From positions 1 to 51,753 of the forward strand of contig BAAIJX010000094.1 in assembly GCA_054600435.1 (NCBI GenBank): a stretch of 51,753 nt of DNA, written 5' to 3'. Under the pieces are notes generated by a model. The model was given only the letters and a program-made list of their open reading frames with translations, had not been told where the DNA came from and did no database searches. Position numbers and translations under genes: made by a program. Positions 23,907 through 35,121 of this stretch are shown one piece after another. The stretch is from Neophaeotheca triangularis. Its lineage: Eukaryota. Position 1 is the stretch's first letter; every line of letters begins with the position of its first letter.

Positions 23907-24455
23907 ATTGGAGGCAGGAAGGGACGAAATGATGTGGTTCCTTTTCTTTGGCTAACTAGAAGGAGTGGTCTGTTGAGCCGCTTTCATCGCTTCTGGCCAA
24001 CGCAGGTGCTTCGTGGGGCGTTGGAATGCTATCGTGGTGATTTGCAGCCTAGGAGAATTTTGTTTCTGTGTTAGACGCCTGGTTATCGAGTATTAATGTG
24101 TTACTGAGCTTTTCGCCCACTTTTCAGTTCTGCTCTGCAACGTTAGGAGTAAAGACGAGCGCCAGAATTACGTTTCAACGCTTTAGACGGGCTGTAGTAT
24201 CATCGGTAATGCCTCATAGCGAGTTTGTGGTATGCTATTTCCCGAATAGGAAGGTAGCTATCTATATACTCGTATCTCCACTTTCACTTTCAACACCTGT
24301 TGCTACCTCTAGTAAGTACTTCTCAAATCTTCCTCTAATATGAAACATCAACTTCGTTCTTTTGCACTACACGATCAAAAGTTGGAAACTCGTAGTTAGA
24401 ACTTTTCGGACTGCACCTAGGTAGAGCCTGATCTTCCACATCTCGATAAGTGAAC

Positions 24456-25977
24456 ATGGCAGAAACCTTCGATATCGAAGCGGTCCGCCGCCACTTCCCG
24501 GCTCTCAACCAAGATCAAGTCTTCTTCGACAACGCCGGCGGTAGTCAGGTTCTGAAAGAAGTCATAGACCGGTATTTTAAACCAACCCAATCCAACCCAC
24601 CAGTGATGGATTCCTACTCAAAAGCCCCAGCCTCACCAAAACTAATACCTCCTAAGCATCTCCGAATATCTCTCCTCCACCAATGTGCAGATGGGCGCCT
24701 CCTACCCAGTCGGTCAAGAATCAACGACAATCTTCAGCAAAGCGTGCGCAGCCGTCGCGACCTACATCAACGCCAAAGGGCCCGAAGAAATCGTCCTCGG
24801 CCCGAGCACAACCCAACTCTTCCGCAACCTCTCCCAAGCCCTACACTCCCACATCCAACCGGGCGACGAAATCATCATCTCCAAACTCGACCACGAAGCC
24901 AACATCGCCAGCTGGGTACGACTCGCGACCGACCGCTCCGCCAAAATCATCTGGTGGCAGCCCGCCTCCTCCCCGAACCCGCAACTCTCCCCCTCCAACC
25001 TCACCCCGCTCCTCTCCCCCCGCACCAAACTCGTAGCCTGCACCCACACCTCCAACATCCTCGGCACCATCCACCCGATCCGCGCCATCGCCGACACAAT
25101 CCACGCCCTCAGCCCCTCAGCCCTCCTCTGCGTCGACGCCGTCGCATACGCACCCCACCGCGAAATCAACATGGCCGAGCTCGGCGCCGACATCTACTCC
25201 TTCAGCTGGTACAAAGTCTACGGCCCGCACATGGCGTGCATGTACGCGTCCAGCGCGGCGCAGAAACGGCTCAACACGCTGGGCCACTTTTTCAAACCGA
25301 CCGACTCTCTGGAGAACTTGCTCGGGCTCGCGGCCGCCAATTACGAACTCACTGCTTCTCTGCCGGCTGTGATTGAGTATTTGCAAAACATCTCTTGGCC
25401 GGCTATTGCCGCTTATGAGGAACGGTTGCAAGCTATTTTGCTCGAGTTTTTGACTTCCAAGGACGGTGTCACGGTTTATGGGGAGCCGGTGCCAGATAAG
25501 GAGAAGAGGGTGCCGGTTGTGAGTTTTGGGGTCAAGGGGCGGAGTAGCCGGAGTGTGGTGGAGGCGGTTGAGGGGAGGAGCTTTTTCGGTTGCAGGTGGG
25601 GCAGCTTTTACTCGAATCGCTTGGTCGAGGAGGTTTTGGGGTTGGATGCGGTCGATGGGGTCGTCAGGGTCAGTTTGGTGCATTATAATTCTGGTGAGTT
25701 TGATCTTTTTCCTCTTGTTCGACTTCTGGGTTGTGTCTTCTGGGTGTGGGTGGCTGCGATAAGGAATGAGTTGGCTTGTGGTGCGTGCAGAGTTGGACTG
25801 TAGGCAGATGGTGAATTGGTTGGTGAGCTCGTTGATGGGACCGTTGGTAAGACAACGAGTGAGATGAGGGAGGATGAAGTCCGGCTTGAGGTAAAAACAG
25901 ACTAAAGCTAACACCACACAACAGAAAAGGAAGTCCGAGACTTCATCAAAGTCCTCGACCAAGTGTTGTCTTCATGA
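24456..25977 (+). CDS. Class-V PLP-dependent enzyme (cysteine desulfurase/selenocysteine lyase-like); exons 24456-24571, 24657-25693, 25925-25977
   Basis: FFDNAGGSQ, DHEANI, SNILG, VDAVAYAPH, PLP lysine in FSWYKVYGPH, RVSLVHYN. Introns GTATTT..CTAAT..AAG and GTGAGT..CTAAC..CAG preserve the frame. Confidence 0.88.
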
Positions 25978-26263
25978 TCGACCGCGTCAACAGGGTTGAC
26001 ATGTTGTCATCCACTATGGACACTTTGCGCAGCCGTTGTAGCTGCTTTGCATATTTACACAAGCAAGAAGATTCCGTTAACGCCCCCATCCGTCACTCAG
26101 AAGCTGCCCGTGATCGATGTCTCTCTTGCCATTGTTGACAAGACAGTTGCTAACAAATAACAATCCCACCTTCCCCTCTGAATCACGAGCCAGCTGTTAT
26201 AAACCCTTCTCCTTTCCTCTTTTGCCGTCGGTGCAATCAATCACATGCACACCCCCCCACGCC

Positions 26264-27952
26264 CTAATACCCACGCTTCTTCTTGTCATCCTTTTGCGCC
26301 CTAATCTCTTGCTTAGTCGGACGCTTCGCGTTCCCCTCGGCACGGATCTCACCCTGCCCGGCACGACGCACGAGCTTGAATTGATGGCGCTGCCTCATCG
26401 AAGCCTGGGAATCCAGGCGCCGAGAATCGACGACATCATAAAGCCCATCGTACCGAAATCCCATTTCAGGGGCATATCTGCCGTGAAGGTTGTGGGAACG
26501 AATGAGACGGACCGGGTGGTTGTTGACGGACTCGAGCAGGCGCCTGGTGTGCTCGGTCGGCTCGCCGGTTTTGGAGTCCGTGCCGCAGTAGAGCACTGTG
26601 TCGCCCTCGTCTTTATCTGGGTAGGCACAGCCTTCCGAGTCTTTGCCACCTGACATGATCACAGACCAGGCACCTTCGTTTTCTGCCCCGCAGATGCCGG
26701 CGATCATGGCGTTGTGGGCGCCGTCACGGACTGTGCAGAGCTGGGTTGGCCACCATTGACCGTTCACGAGCGCGCCGTTGCCGAAGTAGGTTCCCGTGAC
26801 GCGATCTTTGTAGTTGTCTTTCAGCTTCTCCGCTCGGAAGCCTTGGGGGTGGCTTGCCGGACGACCAAGATCAATGCCACGGAGCAGGTCTGTATCGAAG
26901 ACGCGCTTGCACCACTTCGTATGGAGCTCCTTGGCGTCGGCTTTGAGATACTCGGGCCATTCGACGCCGTTATCGAAGTGGGGATCGAACAGGCGAGGGA
27001 GACCTTCGGCTGGATGAAGGATACGGGCAGCCCGCACAATCTTCTCGTTGACTTCCAGAAACGCAGCATCGTGAACACGCTCGAGCACGTCGGCGAAATT
27101 CCTGGCGCCGATGGCATCCCTAAGAGAACGTAGAGTCACCACTGACGAGTGCTGAGAAACGGGCCCGACTTCGCGTTGGGTCAATGCGCCATACCACTGT
27201 GGCTGGCTGCTGGGCGCCGAGGAGGTGGCGGCATGCTGCGCAGCAGACGGCGTGTTGACGTTTTGTGGTGGACCCGACGGTCCAGCGGTCGCACGCGAGT
27301 TGGTGCGAGCCGCGACGTTGCGATGGGAACCCTCGCCGGTGGAGGGAGGAGAGTGCTCGCGCTTGTCACCGCTCAAGGCGGAGGCACGGCGCTCATCGGC
27401 ATATGCGGACGGGGCAGCAGGGCAAGAGGAGGGACCGGTCCGTCCATTGCCGAGAGCAGAGCCCCGGCGCTCATCGGCAAACGCGGAAGGGGCAGTAGGA
27501 CGAGACGGTGGACCGGTGCCTCTATTGCTAGGAGCGGAGCCGCGGCGCTCGTCGGCATAAGCGGAAGGGGCGGTAGGACGTAGGGGTTCACTAGGACGCC
27601 CGTTGCTAGGGGCAGCAGCAGTGCTGTCCGCGTGGCTCCTACGGGAACTCACTTCTCCGTTCCTAGCTGGTGGTGTGTTAGAAGAAGACGAAGACCTAGC
27701 AGTCGTAGTAGCGGGTGGCACCTCGCGGCCGCGGCTGCCGTTACGTCGCACCGGAGACTCGCGCTTGATGTCGCGACTAGGAGACTCTCGTGACGCCGAG
27801 CCTTGGCGCGCAGACGACTCGGAAATAGGCGCATTTTCCCCCATCTGGGAGCCGAAACCTAGCGCCTCGTTGCTATACTTTTTCCAATACGCTCGCTTCA
27901 CTGCGGGCGTGGCATCCTCGTATTCCTTCGGAACCTGCGGAACGGGAGCCAT
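26264..27952 (-). CDS. Stand-alone SRA/YDG (PUA-like) domain protein
   Basis: C-terminal GQWWP..RDGAH..AGICG..SVIMSGG..YPDKDEGDTVLYCG..PVRLIRS..YAP..GFRYDGLYDV; disordered N-terminal half. Confidence 0.85.
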   Translation of the reverse strand: MAPVPQVPKEYEDATPAVKRAYWKKYSNEALGFGSQMGENAPISESSARQGSASRESPSRDIKRESPVRRNGSRGREVPPATTTARSSSSSNTPPARNGEVSSRRSHADSTAAAPSNGRPSEPLRPTAPSAYADERRGSAPSNRGTGPPSRPTAPSAFADERRGSALGNGRTGPSSCPAAPSAYADERRASALSGDKREHSPPSTGEGSHRNVAARTNSRATAGPSGPPQNVNTPSAAQHAATSSAPSSQPQWYGALTQREVGPVSQHSSVVTLRSLRDAIGARNFADVLERVHDAAFLEVNEKIVRAARILHPAEGLPRLFDPHFDNGVEWPEYLKADAKELHTKWCKRVFDTDLLRGIDLGRPASHPQGFRAEKLKDNYKDRVTGTYFGNGALVNGQWWPTQLCTVRDGAHNAMIAGICGAENEGAWSVIMSGGKDSEGCAYPDKDEGDTVLYCGTDSKTGEPTEHTRRLLESVNNHPVRLIRSHNLHGRYAPEMGFRYDGLYDVVDSRRLDSQASMRQRHQFKLVRRAGQGEIRAEGNAKRPTKQEIRAQKDDKKKRGY

Positions 27953-28237
27953 TGTCGATGCTGGCGGGAGTGTTTTTGATGTTGATGTTGATGTTGTTGT
28001 TGTTAGACTAGGAGTGAGATGTTAGTCAAGTTGAACAGCCGAGAAGGCCTCACGCGGTGCAAGATCTTATGAAGCCAAGTGGTGAAGGAGGAGTGAGGTT
28101 GTGGTGAGGGAAAGGTGAGTTTGTGGTGAGCGCGGAGTGAGGAGGTCCCAATCAGGCCCCTTGCGGGCTGAATGAGGTGAAAGTGGTCGGGATACTGGAG
28201 TTATACTAACCTTGATCTGATATGTCCTACGGCTGCT

Positions 28238-28292
28238 GATGGTGGTGGTAGTGGTGGTGGTGGTGGTGGTGGTGGTGGTGGTAGTAGTAGTG
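28238..28292 (+). repeat. (GGT/AGT)n microsatellite
   Basis: About 18 trinucleotide units upstream of the SRA gene. Confidence 0.9.
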
Positions 28293-29446
28293 GGGCGTGG
28301 TGTAGGAGAGAAGGTCGAGAAGCGGAAGCGGGAGGAGAGCTGGTTTTGTAGAAGCCGGTCTGTACTTCCTGTCACGCTACCGGGACTTGCCGGTGACGTC
28401 GTCGGCGGCAGCAAGGCCAGGTACGACTGGCAGGAAGGTGGGTGACCACTAGGATGGCGGGGCAGATGTTTTCGAGATGCAGTCCAGGACGGTGGTACGT
28501 GTCAATGGGCTGCGAGGAAAGGTGTCAGTAGCGGTCACTGATCTAGTGTTGCTAGGAAATGAACAGCAAGACGAATTGGATTGTCCAGCGTACTTACAAC
28601 GAGGTTTCGAACCTGGTGTCAACCCCGGAATCGTATAAAATTGCTTGATATCGTAGCTTGGTAAAGTAGGACGAATGATCTAGCCAAGATTTAGCAATAG
28701 AAGATCAAATCGATCGGTTAAAAACATACAAAACCATCGGTTCTTGATACAGACATCAGATCGGACCCCCTAGCTCAGACAGGCTACAAGGGGATTCCCC
28801 CTAACCTAGACACCAAGTCGGCAAATCATCCATATATCAACCCGTAAGGTAAAGGCCACGAACCAAAGAAATCCTACTCAAGTACCCGATCAAAAGGATA
28901 TATTTAACTTTGCGCCCTTTGGTTTCGTAAATCAGCACCGCCCATCGGCATCCAACAACCTCGTATCCAAATCCAGCTCGAGTACTCACCTCGCCATCTA
29001 AAGTCGGAGTGGCTCCGCGGTAGACTAAGGCCACAGCACTAAGGGCCACAAACGTTCGTTCGAAACCCGGTAAACGACGCCTTTGTTGGGAATATAAATG
29101 GGTTTGCCGTAGTATATCTGGAGGACACATAGGGTTTGAAAGTGGTTCGCGCCTTTGGTGTTAAGAGTTCGAGACGCGGGTGAAGAGAAGATTGTGGGGC
29201 GCGTCGTGCTGAGATATGCGCGGGGCGTGATGGAGGCTGCCGCGGGGGGTTTCCTTTGGCCTTGGCGGTTCACGGTGGTGGCAGTGCAGTCGAAGAGAAC
29301 TGCAATGGTCCCTGGCGAGGATCATGGGTGTGCGTGATGGCAGAGCCTAGGTTGAAGAGCCAAGACGTAGGGGCCTGGTAGTGCCTGCGTTGCGGTCTTG
29401 GACTGTCTTGATGCGAAAGCCGGGAGAAGCATCGTAGCAGCAAGTG

Positions 29447-30856
29447 TCAAAGACGATGCTTGCGAACAACTTCACTTACGAACCCGACCACAGCTTCCCT
29501 CCCCTCGACCCTAGTACTAGCCTCATTATGCAAAGCCCCAACAACATTCCGCCTCTCGCACCACAACCCAAGCTCCTGACATAGCCCCTCCAGTTCACTG
29601 ACGTGCTTAGCAGGCACAACTTCATCGCGCGTAGCCGCTAGTAATAGAACTTTCGGCAACTTCGCAGAAACATCACCACCATTTCCATTCGAACCCGCGC
29701 CCCTAGTTCCACACCGAGCAATACGCCCCAAAGCCATAGGCAAGTCCCAGAAATTCCGCAGAAACGGGTGTAGATACCGATATGGGAGCCATTTTTGCGG
29801 ATACAGGTTTTGCAGCATGCTCTTGATGCTCGTGAATGGCGTTTCCAATACTAGAGCTTTGATGGGGAAATTTTGGCTCCCCAATGGGGTCGAGCGGGCG
29901 GAGAGGTGTGCTGCGGTTGCCGTTGCTGCGACGCCTGCGCCGAGGGATTGCCCCCAGAGGATAAGCTCCGGGTTGGTGTCGGTGTAGGTCTGCCCGATGT
30001 AAGCTAGGAGACCGGCAGCGTCGCTTTCGAGGCCGGGTTGGGTTGCACGGCCTGAAGAGGTCCAGTAGCCGCGGTAGGAGAGCGCGAGGGCGGTTATTCT
30101 GACTTTGCTTTGGGAGTCTGTGGCTAAGCGGGTTTGGAGGGTTTTGAGAACGTTGGAGAGGAGCGGGAGGCGAGGCGGCACGCTTCCGCCATTGCCGTGG
30201 AAGTAGCATAGGATGATGTGCTTGTCCTGTCTACCAGGATACTGCGGCACAGGTTCAGGAACCGAGGGGTCTGTTACCGGGCTACGCGGGCTGGAAATCT
30301 CCCCCACGCAGACCGCGATCTTCGTGCCGTCCGAACTCCTGATGCTTTCCTCCCGCCACTCCACTGGCGCGCACGCCTGCGCATAATCGGCGACTTTTTC
30401 CGAGCGCGTGAAAGGCGGCATGTACGGCATGTAGATGATCTTCTCCTGGAAGATGACGGTCATGAAGCATTTGTAAGTCCAAAGGGCAATTAGAAGGCCA
30501 AGGAAGACTACAGGTGGTATAAGGACGGTCGGAACGGTACCGGTGAGGAAGGGGCGACGTTGGAGCCCTACGTGACCAGATGTACTGCCGATGCCTGGCC
30601 GACGCGAGTGCCATGATAGGATTGGGCAAGAGAATTGGTGATGACCCCGGACCTGTTGTCGAGCCATATGGCCGTATTTGAAGGGACCTTGATCAGGCTG
30701 GCTCATGAGCCGGCTTTCCAAGGCGTTGATCAGACAGCCCTGTCGTAGAAGAGGGAAACCCGCGATGCCATCTCGTCCGAATGAATTGACCCGGCGACAG
30801 GCCAGTCTTAGTCTCAGGGGTATTGCTGGCATGAATGCTCGAAGAGGGAGCGACAT
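29447..30856 (-). CDS. Alpha/beta hydrolase, BEM46/ABHD13-like
   Basis: TM segment then FQEKIIY, YFHGNGG, SYRGYWTSSG, nucleophile GQSLG, LETPFTS, DEVVP, HNE. First in-frame ATG is 30856; start uncertain. Confidence 0.85.
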   Translation of the reverse strand: MSLPLRAFMPAIPLRLRLACRRVNSFGRDGIAGFPLLRQGCLINALESRLMSQPDQGPFKYGHMARQQVRGHHQFSCPILSWHSRRPGIGSTSGHVGLQRRPFLTGTVPTVLIPPVVFLGLLIALWTYKCFMTVIFQEKIIYMPYMPPFTRSEKVADYAQACAPVEWREESIRSSDGTKIAVCVGEISSPRSPVTDPSVPEPVPQYPGRQDKHIILCYFHGNGGSVPPRLPLLSNVLKTLQTRLATDSQSKVRITALALSYRGYWTSSGRATQPGLESDAAGLLAYIGQTYTDTNPELILWGQSLGAGVAATATAAHLSARSTPLGSQNFPIKALVLETPFTSIKSMLQNLYPQKWLPYRYLHPFLRNFWDLPMALGRIARCGTRGAGSNGNGGDVSAKLPKVLLLAATRDEVVPAKHVSELEGLCQELGLWCERRNVVGALHNEASTRVEGREAVVGFVSEVVRKHRL

Positions 30857-30971
30857 GGCATGCTGTGTCGCTCCATGACAGCCACGCGCAAGAGCCACTA
30901 TGCCTGACTATACCTGAAGATTCTCTGCAAAGTCGTCGAGGACAAAAGTTTGTCTGACATCCGAGGTGTCG

Positions 30972-31185
30972 TGATTCACCTTGACTATTCCTTTTGATGA
31001 AATAAGTCAACACTAAAGTGTATTGGAATGCGTATCTGAAGGGAGCTTGAGAGCTCGAGAGCCTTCCAAGGTTTCAAGCGCGACGATCGGGACATGCAGG
31101 GCTCAAAGTGGGGGCCAGGAACGACATGCCACTTTCAATGACAAAACTTGCCCTCTGACTCGAACAAAAGGTTACCTTTGATTCA
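30972..31185 (+). promoter_or_regulatory. Putative Gcn4/CpcA response elements upstream of HIS4
   Basis: TGACTC at 31156-31161; one-mismatch TGATTCA at 30972 and 31179; TAAGTCA at 31003. Confidence 0.5.
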
Positions 31186-31272
31186 CTTTATTACTTCGAT
31201 TCCCAATCAAACACCATACCTTCTCGCCCTCACCCTCACCCTCACCCTCACCCTTCCTTCCCGGCACCAAAC

Positions 31273-33924
31273 ATGGCCGAACACAACGAGACAGAGCACC
31301 TCCCGCCCTTTCTAGCTGCCATTGATCTCTCCGCCATCAATAATGCCACCCACGTTCACGAGAACAAAACTCTCGCCTACGCTGGTGGACTATTTGCCCA
31401 CGTCACCACTGAACAACTCGACAACGCCTTTGCACTGCTCAAATCTACCGTGGGAAGGTATTCGGTCTACCTCGAAGTGACAAGTCTCGACAACGATCAA
31501 GACGTCATCGACCTGCTAGACGGCGGTGCGGCCAAGGTCTTCGTTTCCAACCCCCAACTGTCAGCGCTGTCGTCGACAAAGAACCTCGATCAGAGCAGGG
31601 TGGTGCTCTCTCCGAGCGGGGACCTAGGCGATGCGATTGCGAAGCTCGAAGGAACGCAGTTTGGACTGTATCTGGCCGGCGACTTGAACATCGAGGCTAC
31701 TGGAGCTATATTGCACGAGTTGGGCAAGAGGCGGCCGCCTGTATACGTCTCCAAAACAAGCGTGAACGAGGCTGAGGCTGTTACACTATGTCAGCAGAAC
31801 GCCGTACCTGTCGTTCCCGCAACGAGACTATCGGTCGAGTCGCAAGCTAATGACTCTCAAATCGCTGTTTCTAGCCTGGTTCTCGCCAAGGCCAAGTCGG
31901 ATCGACCAGATTCTTTGATGACGACTTTGGTGACGGATGTTCAGGGTATTGCTTTGGGCTTGGTATACAGCAATGAGGAGAGTGTCGCGGAATCACTACG
32001 AAGTGGGAGGGGCGTTTACTGGAGTCGCAAGAGAGGTATATGGCGCAAGGGCGACACGAGTGGTGATTGGCAAGAGTTGGTGCGGATAGAGTTTGACTGC
32101 GATCACGACTGCTTAAGGTTTGTTGTGCGGCAGCAGGGGGTTGGGTTCTGCCACTTGCAGACGTCCACTTGCTTTGGAGAGTACAAGGGCCTGGCGAAGC
32201 TGCAAAAGACACTGCAGAGCAGGAAGAGGTCGGCTCCAGAGGGCTCATATACCGCGAGGTTGTTCAACGACAGCAAAATGTTGAACGCAAAGGTCATGGA
32301 GGAGGCGCAGGAGCTTTGCGAGGCCACAGACAAGGAGGAGATTGCAGCGGAGGCTGCAGACGTGCTGTACTTTGCTATGACCAAGGCTACAGCAGCTGGC
32401 GTGACATTGGAGGATATTGAGCGAAATCTCGATGCGAAGAGCTTCAAGGTCAAGCGTAGAAAGGGTGATGCAAAGGGACCTTACGCTGAGAAGTTCGGCG
32501 TCAATGGCTCGTCCCCTGCAGCCAACGGCGAGCCAAGCAAAGACACTGTCAAGGAGGCGGCTTCGATACCAAAGTCCAAGGACGATCCCGCGGGCAAGAC
32601 TGAGGACGGCAGGATAGCCATGCGCCGCCTCGATACCACTTCCGTCTCTCCTGAAACCGTAACCGAAGCTCTCAAACGACCCTCTCAACGCGCCACCGAC
32701 AAAATTATGAACATTGTCAATCCAATTGTCAATGACATTCGTGACAACGGCGACAAGGCTCTTCTTTCTTACACTCACAAATTCGAAAAGGCCACTTCCC
32801 TCACTTCTCCAGTCCTCACGGCACCTTTCCCACCCGAGCTGATGCAACTTCCACGAGAAACTATCGATGCCATCGACGTCTCTTACGCCAATATTCGCAC
32901 CTTCCACGCTGCGCAAGAGACTCAACCCCTCCACGTCGAAACCATGCCCGGCGTGACTTGCTCCCGCTTCGCCCGTCCCATCGAACGCGTCGGCCTTTAC
33001 GTCCCAGGTGGTACCGCAGTTCTTCCCTCCACAGCGCTCATGCTCGGCGTGCCAGCCATGGTCGCGGGGTGCAAAACCATTGTTCTTGCCTCCCCACCGC
33101 GCAGCGATGGTAGCCTGACCCCTGAAATCGTCTACGTTGCGCACAAAATCGGCGCTTCGCAAATCGTGCTCGCAGGTGGCGCCCAAGCTGTGGCAGCCAT
33201 GGCCTACGGCACACAAAGCGTTAGCAAATGCGACAAGATCCTCGGCCCCGGCAACCAATTCGTCACGGCAGCCAAAATGCTCGTCTCAAACGACACGACG
33301 GCCAATGTCGCCATCGACATGCCCGCCGGACCCTCGGAAGTCCTCGTCATCGCCGACGCCACGGCCAACCCAGCTTTCGTGGCTTCCGACCTGCTCTCGC
33401 AAGCCGAACACGGCGTCGACAGCCAAGTCATCTGCATCGCCGTAGGCCTCACAGAACAGCAAACCGCAGCCATCGAGCAGGAGTTGCACTCGCAAGCCTT
33501 GGCTCTGCCCCGCGTGGACATGGTCCGCGGCGCCATTGCCCACAGCGTCCTGCTCACCGTCCCAGATATCACAAGCGCCATGGAGCTCTCCAACCAATAC
33601 GCTCCAGAGCATCTGATCCTGCAAGTCGACTCCCCCCTCGCCGTCCGCGAGAGCGTCATGAATGCCGGTAGCGTTTTCGTCGGTCCTTGGACCCCCGAAT
33701 CTGTCGGCGATTACTCCGCAGGTGTCAATCACTCGCTCCCGACTTATGGGTATGCCAGGCAGTATTCTGGTGTCAATTTGGGAAGCTTTCAGAAGCATAT
33801 TACTAGTTCGTATTTGACCGAGGACGGGTTGAGGAGGGTTGGTAAAGCTGTTATGCGATTGGCCAAGGTGGAGGAGTTGGAGGCGCACCGCCGGGCTGTG
33901 GAAATCAGGGTCGGGGAGTTGTGA
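31273..33924 (+). CDS. HIS4: Trifunctional histidine biosynthesis protein (PR-AMP cyclohydrolase / PR-ATP pyrophosphohydrolase / histidinol dehydrogenase)
   Basis: YWSRKRG.W.KG.TSG, DCDHD, FCH..C, SYTARLF, KVMEEA.E, EAADVLY, GLYVPGGTA, GPGNQFV, DMPAGPSE, SQAEHG, YAPEHL, GDYSAGVNHSLPT. Confidence 0.97.
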   Translation: MAEHNETEHLPPFLAAIDLSAINNATHVHENKTLAYAGGLFAHVTTEQLDNAFALLKSTVGRYSVYLEVTSLDNDQDVIDLLDGGAAKVFVSNPQLSALSSTKNLDQSRVVLSPSGDLGDAIAKLEGTQFGLYLAGDLNIEATGAILHELGKRRPPVYVSKTSVNEAEAVTLCQQNAVPVVPATRLSVESQANDSQIAVSSLVLAKAKSDRPDSLMTTLVTDVQGIALGLVYSNEESVAESLRSGRGVYWSRKRGIWRKGDTSGDWQELVRIEFDCDHDCLRFVVRQQGVGFCHLQTSTCFGEYKGLAKLQKTLQSRKRSAPEGSYTARLFNDSKMLNAKVMEEAQELCEATDKEEIAAEAADVLYFAMTKATAAGVTLEDIERNLDAKSFKVKRRKGDAKGPYAEKFGVNGSSPAANGEPSKDTVKEAASIPKSKDDPAGKTEDGRIAMRRLDTTSVSPETVTEALKRPSQRATDKIMNIVNPIVNDIRDNGDKALLSYTHKFEKATSLTSPVLTAPFPPELMQLPRETIDAIDVSYANIRTFHAAQETQPLHVETMPGVTCSRFARPIERVGLYVPGGTAVLPSTALMLGVPAMVAGCKTIVLASPPRSDGSLTPEIVYVAHKIGASQIVLAGGAQAVAAMAYGTQSVSKCDKILGPGNQFVTAAKMLVSNDTTANVAIDMPAGPSEVLVIADATANPAFVASDLLSQAEHGVDSQVICIAVGLTEQQTAAIEQELHSQALALPRVDMVRGAIAHSVLLTVPDITSAMELSNQYAPEHLILQVDSPLAVRESVMNAGSVFVGPWTPESVGDYSAGVNHSLPTYGYARQYSGVNLGSFQKHITSSYLTEDGLRRVGKAVMRLAKVEELEAHRRAVEIRVGEL

Positions 33925-34579
33925 GGAGTCGGAGTGAGGTCTCGTTGGTTGTTTGATTTGTTTGCTGAAAGACTAGGTAGAACTGAGCTGGTCTGATAGA
34001 ATTCTTCGAACTTGCTTCTACACGTCACTGGCTTGCCTCCTGGTTTGTATCTTGTTAGCCTGGCTTGGAGACTTTGGCTACTAGCGGATGATGTTGCTTT
34101 TGCATAACTCCAACATGCCCCTTTCTTTTCTGTTCTGCTTTGTACCTTTCCACTGAGCTATGTAGACTACTCGACGAAGCCTGCCACTTGCACTTAACCT
34201 GTCAAGTCCACCGCAACATTTCACTTCCCCGGCCAGCCAGGCACGTAAGATGCACGTTTCGAGTGGACACGTCTGCAGTGCTCGTGGCCCAAGACGGCAC
34301 GAAGGTAGCATGTTCGCGTTCCCGTTGATGCGGATAGAGTCGCCTCCCGTTTATACTCGATGCCCAATTGTGACAAGAGAAGCATTTGAATTGCAAGTAC
34401 ATTCCAGTGACAAGAGCGCCGGCAAATGCTATCAAGACCAACGCCCCCAACGCCATGCCTCAGCGGTATGCTGCCGGCCAGACTCCAAGCCTGTACATCT
34501 TATACACAACACCGCCACCATACCATCCCGTTTGCATCCTCTTCTCCATCAGACGACGAACCCTCGCCCCCTCCCACCT

Positions 34580-35121
34580 CTACTTCCCCTCCCCCTCTCT
34601 ACCCTCAATCTCCGCCAACTCCGCCCCACTCTTCCCATCCTTCCTCCACCATTCCCGCCAAAACTTCTCATCGACCTTCCTCTTCCTCTCCTTCTCCTCC
34701 CGCTCCTCCCTCCGCTGATCCATAGTCGCGAACCACTCCTCCCGCGCCGCGTCCTGCTCCTCCCTGGTCGCAAAAAGTTTCATACAAGCATTCATGGCCT
34801 TCTGCTGCGGCCGACACATGAAAGTCGCCGTGAACGTCCTGTTGGTCGCGCACGCTGCGAAGTCTACACGCAACACACACACACCCGGTTGTCGTCAGCT
34901 CGGAAAACTTCGCGAGGGGTAAGGGTGGGTTAAGAAAGGGAGGGAGGGAGTCTCGTACCTCGTACTTCGTCGGCGCATTTTGTGCGCACGCGCTTGTAGT
35001 AGAGCTCGCGGACTTGGGATTCTTGGCTCGCGGAGAGGGGGAGCGGGTTGCGGGAGGGGAGCGCGGCGGGGCTCGGGGCGGCGAGGGTCTCCTTGTTGGG
35101 AGGCTGTGGCATTGTTGTCAT
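34580..35121 (-). CDS. CMC1: Twin CX9C mitochondrial COX assembly factor; exons 35121-34959 and 34863-34580
   Basis: Intron 34958-34864 (GTACGA..GCTGAC..TAG) yields C-ADEVRDFAA-C and C-RPQQKAMNA-C. Confidence 0.85.

Noticed and set aside
28760..29075. tRNA-like boxes TAGCTCAG (~28772) and GTTCGAAACCC (~29058)
   Set aside because: No paired T-stem or acceptor stem, and the boxes are about 290 nt apart.
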